Origin: an uncultured Chloroflexia bacterium
GTDB taxonomy: Bacteria > Chloroflexota > Limnocylindria > Limnocylindrales > CSP1-4
Reading direction: 5' to 3'
Assembly: GCA_963763775.1 (NCBI GenBank)
Contig: CAVXPZ010000001.1
Span: 160,001-224,000 of the forward strand
DNA length: 64,000 bases
In this document: piece after piece, positions 1 to 9,728 of the stretch
Position numbering within the stretch: the stretch's first letter is position 1
Layout of the letters: every line of letters begins with the position of its first letter
The notes under the pieces: generated by a model
Told to the model about the DNA's origin: nothing
The model's input: only the letters and a program-made list of their open reading frames with translations
Databases searched by the model: none
Translations under genes and position numbers: made by a program

Positions 1-9
1 GTAGGACTT

Positions 10-846
10 ATGGACCAGACATCGTCCGATCAGGCGCCATCGACGGCCGTGCCCACGGCCGCGACATCCGCCAGCGCCGCACACATGAACCCGGCGACCG
101 CGCCGAACCTGAGCGAGCCGGCCCGCGGCTTCCTCATCGAGCTGACACATGCGATGCAGCATGCGGCCGAGCAGCAGCGCGAGGCGACCAATACCGAGGT
201 CGAGGCCATGACGGCCGCCCACCTCGAGCGGGTTCGCGCCCGAGCGGCTGCCGAGGCCGAAGAGCTTCGGCGCATGGCGCAGACCGACATCGACGGCATC
301 CACGCGTGGCAGCAGACGGAGGCCGAGCGCATCCGCGCGGAAGCCGAGCGCCGGATCGTGGCCCGCGGCGAGGAGCTCGACAGCTACCTCGTCCGGCACG
401 CCGCGATCATCGACGGCGAAGTCGAGCAGATCGAGGGCGCGGTGGCCACCTACCAGATGCGACTCGATGAGTACTTCGACACGCTGACGACCGAGAGCAG
501 TCCCGCGGAGATCGCCCGGCTCGCCGACGAGATCCCCGAGCCGCCGGACCTCGCGAAGGTCGCCGGTGCCGCCCGTGCCCAGGCGGTGGCCGCGATCGTC
601 GCCGAGGACGACGACGACTCGTTCAGTCCGACGGCCCCGGGGCCCCAGCTCGTCCCGGTGATGGCATCGAACGGCGCCAATGGCAACGGCGGCAATGGGG
701 CCAACGGCGAGCACTCGAACCCGGCGATCCGCCTGCTTCGCTCGCTCGCGACGCTCGCGACGCCCGTCGACGCGAAGGTGGAAGGGAACGGCGAGACCGC
801 GAAGGTCGAGCCGGTCGTCGCGCCCGCCGAGGCCGCGAAGGACTGA
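10..846 (+). CDS. hypothetical protein with Ala/Glu/Arg-rich coiled-coil region
   Basis: 278-aa ORF; AGGA RBS-like sequence upstream; long helical AEAEELRR..AERIRAEAERR segment. Confidence 0.6.
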   Translation: MDQTSSDQAPSTAVPTAATSASAAHMNPATAPNLSEPARGFLIELTHAMQHAAEQQREATNTEVEAMTAAHLERVRARAAAEAEELRRMAQTDIDGIHAWQQTEAERIRAEAERRIVARGEELDSYLVRHAAIIDGEVEQIEGAVATYQMRLDEYFDTLTTESSPAEIARLADEIPEPPDLAKVAGAARAQAVAAIVAEDDDDSFSPTAPGPQLVPVMASNGANGNGGNGANGEHSNPAIRLLRSLATLATPVDAKVEGNGETAKVEPVVAPAEAAKD

Positions 847-894
847 CCGAGGCCGCGGAGCCCCGACCGACCGGGCCGCGCCCCGGACCGACGG

Positions 895-1668
895 TCAGCG
901 ACCCCGTCGGGCCCAGCGTTCCGACGTGAGCCCGATCGGCCCGGAAGCGCGCGCTGGGCCGATGGGCCGCAACCGGCCCGTCATCCAGTCCCGATACCAG
1001 GGCGACCAGGTCCGCGCGGGCGCCCGTCCCGTGCCTCGCCCGTCGTGATAGTCCGCGTACGAGCGGCCGAACGGCGGCTCGTCGGCCGAACGTGTCGACG
1101 TGAAGTCCCCGGCATCGTGCAGGCTCGGCAGCATCGTTTCGTCGACCCCGAGCGACCGGTACACGGACTCGACCTGGTGCAACCACTCGTGGACGTACCC
1201 CTGCGCCGGATCGGGGTCGGTCGCCAGCGTCGGCCAGTGGTCCGTGGAGATCGAGCTGAACCCGGCCCCGAACGTCGCCTCACCCGGACCGAGCGTGCAG
1301 CCCCAGCCGCACTGCGGCACGGCGGGATCGCCCGGCCACAGCGCATAGATCGAGTCGTAGCGGTCCGGCGCGACGTAGGTCTCGATCTCCTCGCGGCACT
1401 CGCGCGGGCCGACCCACCAGCGCCCGCCGCCGCTCGAGGACAGCGACCGGATCGGCCGGCGGACCTCGATCACGTCGAGCGGGGTCATCGTCGCCAGCCC
1501 CTCGCTCCAGGCCTCGACGGTCGCCGGCAGCCCTTCGAGGACACGCTCCACCGCGGCTCGCTCATCGCGCGCCATGACCCGCCGCGCGTGGCCGCGCCGG
1601 AGGCCCGATCCGTACTTGGCGTCCATCACCGGGTACAGGAGGACGAGCGTGCGCCAGGTCGACGTCAT
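895..1668 (-). CDS. putative zinc metalloprotease (zincin-like, HEWLH)
   Basis: C-terminal 257 aa of ORF 895..2427 starting MTSTWRTLVLLYP; contains GYVHEWLHQVE plus a downstream His. Confidence 0.55.
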   Translation of the reverse strand: MTSTWRTLVLLYPVMDAKYGSGLRRGHARRVMARDERAAVERVLEGLPATVEAWSEGLATMTPLDVIEVRRPIRSLSSSGGGRWWVGPRECREEIETYVAPDRYDSIYALWPGDPAVPQCGWGCTLGPGEATFGAGFSSISTDHWPTLATDPDPAQGYVHEWLHQVESVYRSLGVDETMLPSLHDAGDFTSTRSADEPPFGRSYADYHDGRGTGRAPARTWSPWYRDWMTGRLRPIGPARASGPIGLTSERWARRGR

Positions 1669-1698
1669 CGGCTCAGGGTAGCCTGCTAGCATCGGGCG

Positions 1699-2639
1699 AT
1701 GCCCACCTCGAAGCCCCGGACGAAGGCGACGACCGCGGCGAGCACCAAGGGGACCGACGCCCCGGGGCCGCTCGTCAGCGTCGACTGGCTGGCAGCCCAT
1801 CTCGAGGACCCGGACGTCCGACTGGTCCACGTCTCGCCCGACCGGCGCGTCTACAACAAGCGCCACATCGCCGGTGCCGCCTACAGCGACCTCCACAAGG
1901 AGCTGGCCCTCAAGGGCACGGCGCCCGAGACCGGCGATGCCGAGCGTGAGTGGCTGGTTCCCGCGGCCGACCTGGTCGCCAACGTCCTTCGGCGATGGCG
2001 CGTGGGCGATGGCGACCGGATCGTCTTCTACGACGACGTCGGGCTCAACCGCCAGGCGATCCGCGGCTACTGGCTGTTGCGGCTCTACCGCTTCCCGGCG
2101 GATCGGCTGCACATCCTCGACGGCGGCATCGACGCCTGGCGGCGCGCCGGCCACGCGACCACCACCGATGTGCCCGAGGCGGATCTCGCGGACGGCCTCC
2201 GCCGACCGGCGACGCTCGGCGAGCGCGACGACTCGCTGATCGCGACCTACGACGAGGTCCTGGCGTGGAGTGACGAAGCCGCTGCCGGGCCGGATGCCCC
2301 GACGCAGGCTCCTCGACGTGCGGACCGCGGGCGAGTACGTGGGCACGGATCTGCGAGCCCGTCGAGGCGGGCACATCCCGGGCGCGCGGCAGCGGCTCTT
2401 CTCGGATCTGCTGACCGACGAGGGCACGTTCCGTCCCGTCGACGAGATGCTGTCGCTGGTGCGTGCCTCCGGCGCCGATCCGGCGCAGATCCGCGCGACC
2501 TACTGCCAGGGTGGCGTCCGCGCCGCGCTCGTGTGGTTCGTGCTCCACGAGCTGGCCGGCTTCGACGGCCGTGCGGAGCTACGCGGGCTCGTGGGAGGAG
2601 TGGGGCAACCGCCCCGACAGCCCGATCGAGGCGCCCTAG
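1699..2639 (+). CDS. tandem-rhodanese sulfurtransferase (SseA/TST-like), frameshifted
   Basis: LVSVDWLAAHL, HIAGA, LDGG in one frame; LLDVR..EYVG..GGHIPGA and active-site YCQGGVRA in a second frame. Confidence 0.85.
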
Positions 2640-2771
2640 CCTGGCGCCCCTCACGGAACGGTCGGCTCACTCCGGCCGAGCGGTCGCCTCGTGCTATCCT
2701 GTCGCGCGGCGCCGACTCGGCGCCCATCACGCGAGCGATCCCGGCCACGCGCCCGGGGTCCCGCGTCTCGC

Positions 2772-2846
2772 TCCGGCGTAGCTCAGTGGTAGAGCGGGCG
2801 GCTGTTAACCGCTTGGTCGTAGGTTCGAGTCCTACCGCCGGAGCCA
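2772..2846 (+). tRNA. tRNA-Asn(GTT)
   Basis: tccggcgtagctcagtggtagagc...ctGTTaa...ggttcgagtcc...ggagCCA cloverleaf. Confidence 0.97.
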
Positions 2847-3689
2847 TTCCCCTTCTGGCTGGCGATCGAGGGCACCTGGCGTGGGTGCCTCGTGGCGCAG
2901 GCCACCAAGCGCCACGAGTGTGACGGCGATGCACGCCGCAAGTACGTTCCGGATGATCCAGGAGTTGTCGGTGTCGACGCCGGCCATGATCGGGGCCACC
3001 CCGTTGAGCGCGGCGTGGAACAGGGCGGTCATGAGGACGCTGCCGCCCGTCCCGACATAGATCCAGGTCAGCAGGATCGAATACGAGAAGATGCTCAGCA
3101 CCATGGGCCAGGCCGCGAGGTCGCCATACCACTGGCCGGGCAGGAACAGGAACCCGTGGATGAGGGCCCACGGGATCGCGAGGAGGAGCCCTGCCCGCAG
3201 CGGCGACATCGAAGACATGAGCCTGGGCAAGGCGAACCCGCGCCAGGCAAGTTCCTCAGCGAAGGCCGGGATCAGCACGACGATCGGGACGATCAGGACC
3301 GCCGGAAAGGCGGCATCGAACAGCCCGCCGGAGGGTTCGCCGAGCCCGACCGCGACCGCGACAGTGGCGAGGCTCCAGAGGAGCGGTATCGCCAGGACGA
3401 GATACCAGCGGCGATCGGACGGCCGGATCACCAGTGAGTGAAGGAGCGTTGGCAGGGCGCCATGTCCCTCGCGCCATGCAAGGGTCAGCGCGATGACGAG
3501 GGGGCCGATCGCGAGGATGAACGGAAGGAACGCGGTCGGAACGCCGACGACGACGGCCCCGCCGCCAAGGGCGAGGCTGAGTCCGACGAACCAGGCGACC
3601 TCTATCGATCCCTCCTGGCGCGTGGCATCGGATGGGACCGGGGGGTCGATGGTCGTGTCTGGACGGGCGCGCGCGCTGGTGATCGTCAT
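2832..3689 (-). CDS. CPBP family intramembrane glutamic endopeptidase (CAAX protease/Abi)
   Basis: EELAWRGF, WALIH and FHAALN motifs; multiple TM segments. Confidence 0.9.
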   Translation of the reverse strand: MTITSARARPDTTIDPPVPSDATRQEGSIEVAWFVGLSLALGGGAVVVGVPTAFLPFILAIGPLVIALTLAWREGHGALPTLLHSLVIRPSDRRWYLVLAIPLLWSLATVAVAVGLGEPSGGLFDAAFPAVLIVPIVVLIPAFAEELAWRGFALPRLMSSMSPLRAGLLLAIPWALIHGFLFLPGQWYGDLAAWPMVLSIFSYSILLTWIYVGTGGSVLMTALFHAALNGVAPIMAGVDTDNSWIIRNVLAACIAVTLVALGGLRHEAPTPGALDRQPEGEWLRR

Positions 3690-3812
3690 GGCTGGGTCTC
3701 CGAGTCCGTCGGGCTGTCCGACGCTGAGGCCAGCCTGCTCGCCGAACCCATGTGGCCCAACGGGGCTCCCCCTCGGATGAGGCTCAGGGCTCACCCGGAG
3801 CGGGTCGGCACC

Positions 3813-4337
3813 TCACCCTCGCTGGCCGTCGACCGTCATCTCGTACGCCTCGATCGGGATCCATGACTCGCCGTCGAGGGTGTACTCGTTCCGCCACGTC
3901 GCGTGGGTCGGATCGCGGAGGATCCAGGTAAGTCGGATCCGCGGGAGCGTTGCCGAAATGGACTCGTAGATGAGCCGGTCGCCCTCGATGCGGCCGCGGT
4001 AGAGCGCCATGTTCGGGCCGTTGTTGTCGGCGCTGGTCGCGCGGTACTCCCCGGCGCCGCGGTCCCAACCCGTGACCCAGTGGAGCTGCCAGCGCAGCAC
4101 GAACGTGCCGTCGGTCAGCGCCTGGTCCTGCTCGAAGTCGCCGGCGATCCAGAGGCCGCCCTGGATCGGCCGACACGTGGCGCGACCCGTCCCGACCATC
4201 TCGGGGGAGCCGGGTCCCATGCCGCCCGCCTGGATCGTGCCGCTCCAGACCCAGTCGCGATAGAAGGGGGCGAGGGCCGACATCTCTGGGCCGGGCTCGG
4301 CCGAGCGGGGCAGGGCCGCCATCGTCTCGGTGGTCAT
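3813..4337 (-). CDS. DUF1579-like protein
   Basis: W-x-G..MG motif, GGLW..GDF, GWD...YRA..ADN beta-rich pattern; AAGGAG RBS. Confidence 0.6.
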   Translation of the reverse strand: MTTETMAALPRSAEPGPEMSALAPFYRDWVWSGTIQAGGMGPGSPEMVGTGRATCRPIQGGLWIAGDFEQDQALTDGTFVLRWQLHWVTGWDRGAGEYRATSADNNGPNMALYRGRIEGDRLIYESISATLPRIRLTWILRDPTHATWRNEYTLDGESWIPIEAYEMTVDGQRG

Positions 4338-4547
4338 CACGGTCTCCTTGCGCATGGATCGTCACCGTGAATCCAACGACGCGGAGCCCGTCGCCGACAT
4401 GAGCCGTTCGGCCTCGATGGACGGGCAGGTCGGCCTCCCGGAGGTCCGCCTGGACCGACCCGGGATCAGCAGCGCAGCGACACATCCCTGCCGATATCTG
4501 ACGACACTCCTAGACATCAGCGCCATGAGTGACGGATACTCCGCGGT

Positions 4548-4985
4548 ATGGTCCACGTCCCCGAGCTCGTCCCCACGCGTCTTCGCGTCGGCCAGGCTGC
4601 CGAGATGCTCGGCGTCTCCGTCGAGACGCTCCGTCGGTGGGAGACCGACGGCCGACTCACGATGGAGCGGTCCGATGGCGGTCAGCGACTCGTCTCGATC
4701 GACGAAGTCTCGAGATTGCTCGCGGAGCGGCGGAAGGCGGCGACCGACCGCCCGATCGTCGCGCAGTCGGCGCGCAACCGCTTCCCTGGGATCGTCACGA
4801 GGATCGAGGCGGACCGAGTCGCCGCGGTCGTGGAGGTCATCGCGGGACCACATCGGATGGTCAGCCTCATGACGGCAGAGGCCGTCGAGGAGATGGGCCT
4901 GAAGGTCGGCGACGAAGCCGTCTGCGTCGTCAAGGCGACGAACGTCATCGTCGAGGTCCCGTCGTCCAAGGAGTCCCGAGGATGA
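4548..4985 (+). CDS. molybdate-responsive regulator (MerR/excisionase-type HTH plus TOBE/Mop domain)
   Basis: VGQAAEMLGVSVETLRRWE HTH; SARNRFPG...VKATNV molbindin signature. Confidence 0.9.
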   Translation: MVHVPELVPTRLRVGQAAEMLGVSVETLRRWETDGRLTMERSDGGQRLVSIDEVSRLLAERRKAATDRPIVAQSARNRFPGIVTRIEADRVAAVVEVIAGPHRMVSLMTAEAVEEMGLKVGDEAVCVVKATNVIVEVPSSKESRG

Positions 4986-5850
4986 GATCCCGCCTCGTCG
5001 TCCTCATCGGCGTCCTGCTGCTCGTCCTCGCCGCGTGTTCGAGCAGCGGCTCGACGTCCGCGCCGAGCAGTGCGGCTTCCGCGGCTGGGCCGACCACCGC
5101 CCCGTCGGTCGCGCCCGCCTCGCCGTCGGCGGCGGCCGTCGACCTGACGGTCTTCGGGGCCGCCTCGCTCAAGGGCGCCCTCGCGGACGCCAAGACCGCC
5201 TACGAGGCAGCGAACCCCGGCGTGACGCTCACGGTCTCGACGGACGCCTCGTCGGCGCTCGCGGCGCAGATCGAGCAGGCCGCGCCCGCCGACGTCTTCC
5301 TCTCGGCCGACACGAAGAACCCGCAGGCACTGGTCGACAAGGGCCTGGCCAACGGGCCGATCACGCCGTTCGCCGACAACATGCTGATCGTCATCGTGCC
5401 GACCAACGACCCCGCCGGCATCACGTCGCCGAAGGACCTCGCCAAGAAGGGCGTCAAGATCATCGCGGCCGGCGACGAGGTGCCGATCACGAAGTACGCG
5501 AACCAGCTGGTCGACAACCTCGCGAAGCAGCCCGGCTACCCGGCCGACTTCGCGGCGTCCTATCACGCCAACATCGTGTCCAAGGAGGACAACGTGAAGG
5601 CGGTCGTCGCGAAGCTCGAGCTCGGCGAGGGCGATGCCGGCGATCGTGTACGTCACCGATGCGAACGCGTCCGGCAAGGTCGGCACGGTCCCGGTGCCCG
5701 ATGACGCGAACGTCCTCGCGACCTACGCGGGCGCGGTGGTCACGGCGTCCAAGGAGCAGGACGCGGCGAACGCGTTCCTCACGTGGTTCGCCGGGCCCGT
5801 GGGCCAGGCGATCCTCAAGACCTACGGATTCCTCCCAGACGTCGCGATGA
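4982..5850 (+). CDS. modA: molybdate ABC transporter substrate-binding lipoprotein, frameshifted
   Basis: lipobox LAAC; VFGAASL, QIEQAAPADVFLSA, GEGDAG|IVYVTDA; frame slips near 5640 and near the C-terminus. Confidence 0.9.
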
Positions 5851-6728
5851 GCATGGGTGCGGCCGACGATCGGACCGGATCGCCGGCGGTGCCAGCCCGG
5901 TCGAAGGCCGTCGCGTGGCATCCCGGGCGATGGGGCGAACGCACGGTCACGACGGTGGCCGTGCTGTTCGCCCTGTTCCTCGGCCTGCCGGTGCTCACGC
6001 TGGTGGTCCGGGCGGTCTTCAACGGGTCGCTGGCCGTCGCCCTCGCGTCGCCGGCCGTCCTGGATGCGTTGTGGCTGAGCCTCCTCACGACGTCGATCAG
6101 CCTCGTGATCACGGTCGTGTTGGGCCTGCCGTTGGCCTTCACCCTGGCCCGCCGGGAGTTCCGGGGGAAGGGGATCATGGAGACGGTCGTCGACCTGCCG
6201 ATCGTGCTCCCGCCGTCGGTCGCGGGGCTCGCCCTCCTCCTGGTGTTCGGGCGTCGAGGCCTGCTGTCGGCCCCGTTCGAGTTCCTCGGCATCTCCGTGC
6301 CGTTCACGACGATCGCGGTCATCCTCGCGATGGTCTTCGTGTCGGCGCCGTTCTTCATCCGTTCGGCCCGGACCGGGATCGCCGGGGTGGAGCGTGACCT
6401 CGAGGACGCGGCACGCGTCGACGGCGCCTCGGAACGACAGCTGTTCCGGTCGATCACATTGCCGCTGGCGGGCACGGCTCTCGCTGCCGGGCTCGTCATG
6501 ACCTGGGCCCGGTCGCTCGGGGAGTTCGGGGCGACGATCATGTTCGCGGGCAACGTCCAGGGCCGGACGCAGACACTGCCGCTCGTCGTGTACAGCGAGT
6601 TCCAGGGCGGGGGACTGGATGCCTCGATCGCGGCGGCCGCCATCCTCGTCCTCGCGGCCTTCGGCGTGCTCCTGGCCGTCCGCGTCTTCCACTGGGGCCG
6701 CGCGGTCGACATGCGGGGGATCGCCTGA
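5847..6728 (+). CDS. modB: molybdate ABC transporter permease
   Basis: DLPIVLPPSVAG, EDAARVDGAS (EAA motif), WARSLGEFGATIMFAGN. Confidence 0.92.
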   Translation: MSMGAADDRTGSPAVPARSKAVAWHPGRWGERTVTTVAVLFALFLGLPVLTLVVRAVFNGSLAVALASPAVLDALWLSLLTTSISLVITVVLGLPLAFTLARREFRGKGIMETVVDLPIVLPPSVAGLALLLVFGRRGLLSAPFEFLGISVPFTTIAVILAMVFVSAPFFIRSARTGIAGVERDLEDAARVDGASERQLFRSITLPLAGTALAAGLVMTWARSLGEFGATIMFAGNVQGRTQTLPLVVYSEFQGGGLDASIAAAAILVLAAFGVLLAVRVFHWGRAVDMRGIA

Positions 6729-6757
6729 CGGCAAATGGAGCCGCTGCGGTGCGGCCC

Positions 6758-7428
6758 CTAGGCGAAGACGTTCACCGCGCGGGCGATGACGAGGCCGACG
6801 AGGACGAACGAGATGAGCGCCTGCGACGCCATCGCGATCTTCGCCCACGGCGCGAGCGGGAGCGTGTCCGTCGGGCTGAAGGCGTTGGCCGTCGTGAACC
6901 CGATGTAGAGGTAGTCGATGAACTGCGGCCGCCAGTCGGGCGGCGCCAGCTCCGGGTTCATGAGCTGCGGGAACGCGAAGTCGGGGTGCTCGGGCAGCCC
7001 GTAGGCGCGCGCCGCCGGTCCGCCGCCGTCGAATTGCCAGTACAGCAGGGCGAAGGCCACGTTGTTGGTCAACCAGACCTTGGCACCGGCCATCAAGCAG
7101 CGGTACGGCCTCGTTGGTGATCGCCCCGCCCGTCACGAGGTTGTAGCCGAGGACCGCCGTCCCGAGCAGGGCGCCGCCGACGAGGACCGCCACGAGCATG
7201 GCGCCGAGGATGGTCAACCGCCGCGACCGGCGATCGATCCGGCCTGGGTCGCCGATGATCAGGGCCGCCAGCAGCACGGCCTCCAGGATGGCGATGCCCT
7301 CGACGATGCAGGACGTACTCGCGGTTCGGCGCCGCGGCCGTGGCGAGGATGAGCAGCGAGACCGCGGTCGCCATCGGCCATCGCGGCTCGGCGATCACAT
7401 GTTGAGGCAGGCGAGTGTCGTCGGTCAC
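6758..7428 (-). CDS. DUF1345-like membrane protein, frameshifted
   Basis: EPRWP N-terminus; FALLYWQFDGGGP..DFAFPQ..W.P.FIDYLY..FT..TAFSPTD split over three frames. Confidence 0.75.
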
Positions 7429-7479
7429 GCGGCCATTCTGCGACCTGGCGACCCGCCGGGTCGGGCCGTCGCGGCTCCG

Positions 7480-8562
7480 CTAGCGCTGGCCGCGAGCGAA
7501 GAGGCCCGTGCGTGACCGGCGCACGACCGCCGTCGGAGCAGCGCCGAACGACGCGCTGACCGCCGGGACCTGGACCGGGCGGCCGGGAAGGAGGCCGCCG
7601 ACCATGGCGATGGCACCACCGAAGCCGACGGCGACGGCGCCGGGCCCGACGGCACCGATCGCAGGCGGGATCAGCTGGGCCATGTCCAGCCTGATGGCAC
7701 CGATCAGCCAGACCGACAGTGTCGCCAGACCCATCCCAGCCGCGATCGCCAAACCGCGCCGCCAACCGGCCGGACCGCGGGCGCCCAGCCGGGCCATACC
7801 CGCGACGGCGAGGATCGTTCCCATGACGAGTGTCACCCCGCCGTCGGTCAGCATGTGATCCTGGCCGTACAGGCCATCGAGATCCACCGTTCCATATGTC
7901 GGCAACGTGACTGTCGCCCACGGGACGAACGTCGCGACAACCACCATCGCGGCGCCGATGAGCGTGATGATCGACGGCGAGACATTGGTCAGTCTCCTGC
8001 TCGACGGACGGCCTGCCTCGGACGAGGGCCCGTTCGTACCGGGTCTGACGACGAAGGACGGTTCGGTCGCCGGGAACGGCGTTCCGGTCCACGCCGGCCC
8101 CGCCGGGCCGACGACGGCGATGAAGGGGCCAGCAGGCGACGCGGGAGATGCCGGCGGGATCCCCATGAGCAACGGGATCAGGAGGCCGATGACCGCCCCG
8201 GCCGCCCCGGTATCGCCCGCGGTCTCTGCGGCCAGCACCACCGGATGCAGCAGCGACAGCGGGGCAGCGGAGACCGCGAAGATGGCGAGCCACGGGTTGC
8301 GCCGGAAAGCCGCGAGCAGTCGCTTGATCGAACCTGGTGTCACCCGCTCGAGCCACCCCGGGAGCGACCAGAGGAAGAGGAGGAGGGCCGTCCAGGCCGC
8401 GCCACCCCATGCGTCGAACGCGAGGAGGAAGCCGACGATCAGCCCGATCTGCACGCCGACCGGGGTCGCAGACCATCGCCGGATCCCACGCGCGCCGGCA
8501 CGCTCGATCGCACCGATGCCGCGGGCGATGCGTCGGACCATGGCCCTCATGGCTCCGACCAT
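7480..8562 (-). CDS. hypothetical multi-pass membrane protein
   Basis: long ORF with several hydrophobic segments; start uncertain. Confidence 0.45.
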   Translation of the reverse strand: MVGAMRAMVRRIARGIGAIERAGARGIRRWSATPVGVQIGLIVGFLLAFDAWGGAAWTALLLFLWSLPGWLERVTPGSIKRLLAAFRRNPWLAIFAVSAAPLSLLHPVVLAAETAGDTGAAGAVIGLLIPLLMGIPPASPASPAGPFIAVVGPAGPAWTGTPFPATEPSFVVRPGTNGPSSEAGRPSSRRLTNVSPSIITLIGAAMVVVATFVPWATVTLPTYGTVDLDGLYGQDHMLTDGGVTLVMGTILAVAGMARLGARGPAGWRRGLAIAAGMGLATLSVWLIGAIRLDMAQLIPPAIGAVGPGAVAVGFGGAIAMVGGLLPGRPVQVPAVSASFGAAPTAVVRRSRTGLFARGQR

Positions 8563-8614
8563 CTCACGCCGGCCGGCACCGGCAAGTCCTACGTTGGTAC
8601 CACCTCGCCTGGCT

Positions 8615-9628
8615 TCACGCGCGCGGGTCCACGTGGATCTTGGGTCCCGGACCGGCGGTCGTCGGTCGTCTGCCTGCCAGCACGTCCGTGACCTGGTCCA
8701 GGCCGACGGTCGCGGCGACCAGCGGGCGTGGGTCCACGGCGCCCGACGCGTAGCGCTCGATCGTGCCGTCGAGTCCCGGTGAGCCACTCAGGATGCCGAC
8801 GACGGTCACATCCTTGAGCGCCACGATCCGCGTGTCGATCTGGCTGGGCGTCCCGGCGAGGCCGATGTAGACCACCCGCTTGCCAGGCTCGACCAGGTCG
8901 AGCGCCAGGGCCGGGAGAGACGGGTCGTTCGAGGCGTCGATGACCGCGTCGAAGGCGAGGTCGGGCACCGTATCCGCGGACCAGACGCCGCCGAGCCCGA
9001 GCGACCGCGCGAAGGCCAGCGACCGAGCCGAACGACCCATGACGTGGACGTCGGCGCCGGCCGCGACCGCGAACCACGCGGCCAGCAACCCGATGGCCCC
9101 CGCGCCGAGGATCAGGACGCGGTCTCCGGCTGCGAGATCGGCGGCAAGGACGGCCCGGAGGGCATTCGCTCCCGGCTCGACCAGCGCCCCGGCTGCGTCA
9201 TCCACGGCGTCCGGCAGGGGATGCAGGGCGGTCACGGGCACGGCGAGCTGCTCCGCGAGCGCCCCGGGGCGGCCCCCCCGGATGCCGATCTCGGACCGGT
9301 CCGCGCACAGGTGGCCCCGGCCGTCGCGGCACCGGGCGCACCGATGACAGGGGAGCATCGTGTCGCCGGTCGTCCGCCGACCGATCCATGCCGGGTCCAC
9401 GCCGCCGCCGACCGCGCTCACGGTCCCGCTCCATTCGTGGCCGAGCCGCATGGGGTACGAGGCATGTCCCTGGTGGAGGTACGCCATGTCGCCGGTGAAG
9501 AACTCGACGTCGGTCCCGCACAGGCCGACTCGCGCGACGTCGATGACGACCTCGCCGGGGTTCGCCGCCGGCGGATCGACCTCCTCCACACCGGCACGAC
9601 CCGGCCCCGTGACGACGAACGCGCGCAC
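8615..9628 (-). CDS. zinc-dependent alcohol/polyol dehydrogenase (MDR family)
   Basis: GLCGTD, GHEWSG, CxxCxxC..C structural Zn site, GAGAIG. Confidence 0.92.
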   Translation of the reverse strand: MRAFVVTGPGRAGVEEVDPPAANPGEVVIDVARVGLCGTDVEFFTGDMAYLHQGHASYPMRLGHEWSGTVSAVGGGVDPAWIGRRTTGDTMLPCHRCARCRDGRGHLCADRSEIGIRGGRPGALAEQLAVPVTALHPLPDAVDDAAGALVEPGANALRAVLAADLAAGDRVLILGAGAIGLLAAWFAVAAGADVHVMGRSARSLAFARSLGLGGVWSADTVPDLAFDAVIDASNDPSLPALALDLVEPGKRVVYIGLAGTPSQIDTRIVALKDVTVVGILSGSPGLDGTIERYASGAVDPRPLVAATVGLDQVTDVLAGRRPTTAGPGPKIHVDPRA

Positions 9629-9728
9629 GACCCCTCGGACCTTCGGCGCAGGCGCCCGACATCGACGATGCCCGGCGCGCGATGATGTCCGCGAGGATAG
9701 CCGGTCGGTCGGACAGGAAGACGGTGGC

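Noticed and set aside
5634-6728. Apparent ModA-ModB fusion
   Set aside because: The ATGA overlap at 5847-5850 marks a normal stop/start junction; the fusion is best explained by an indel.
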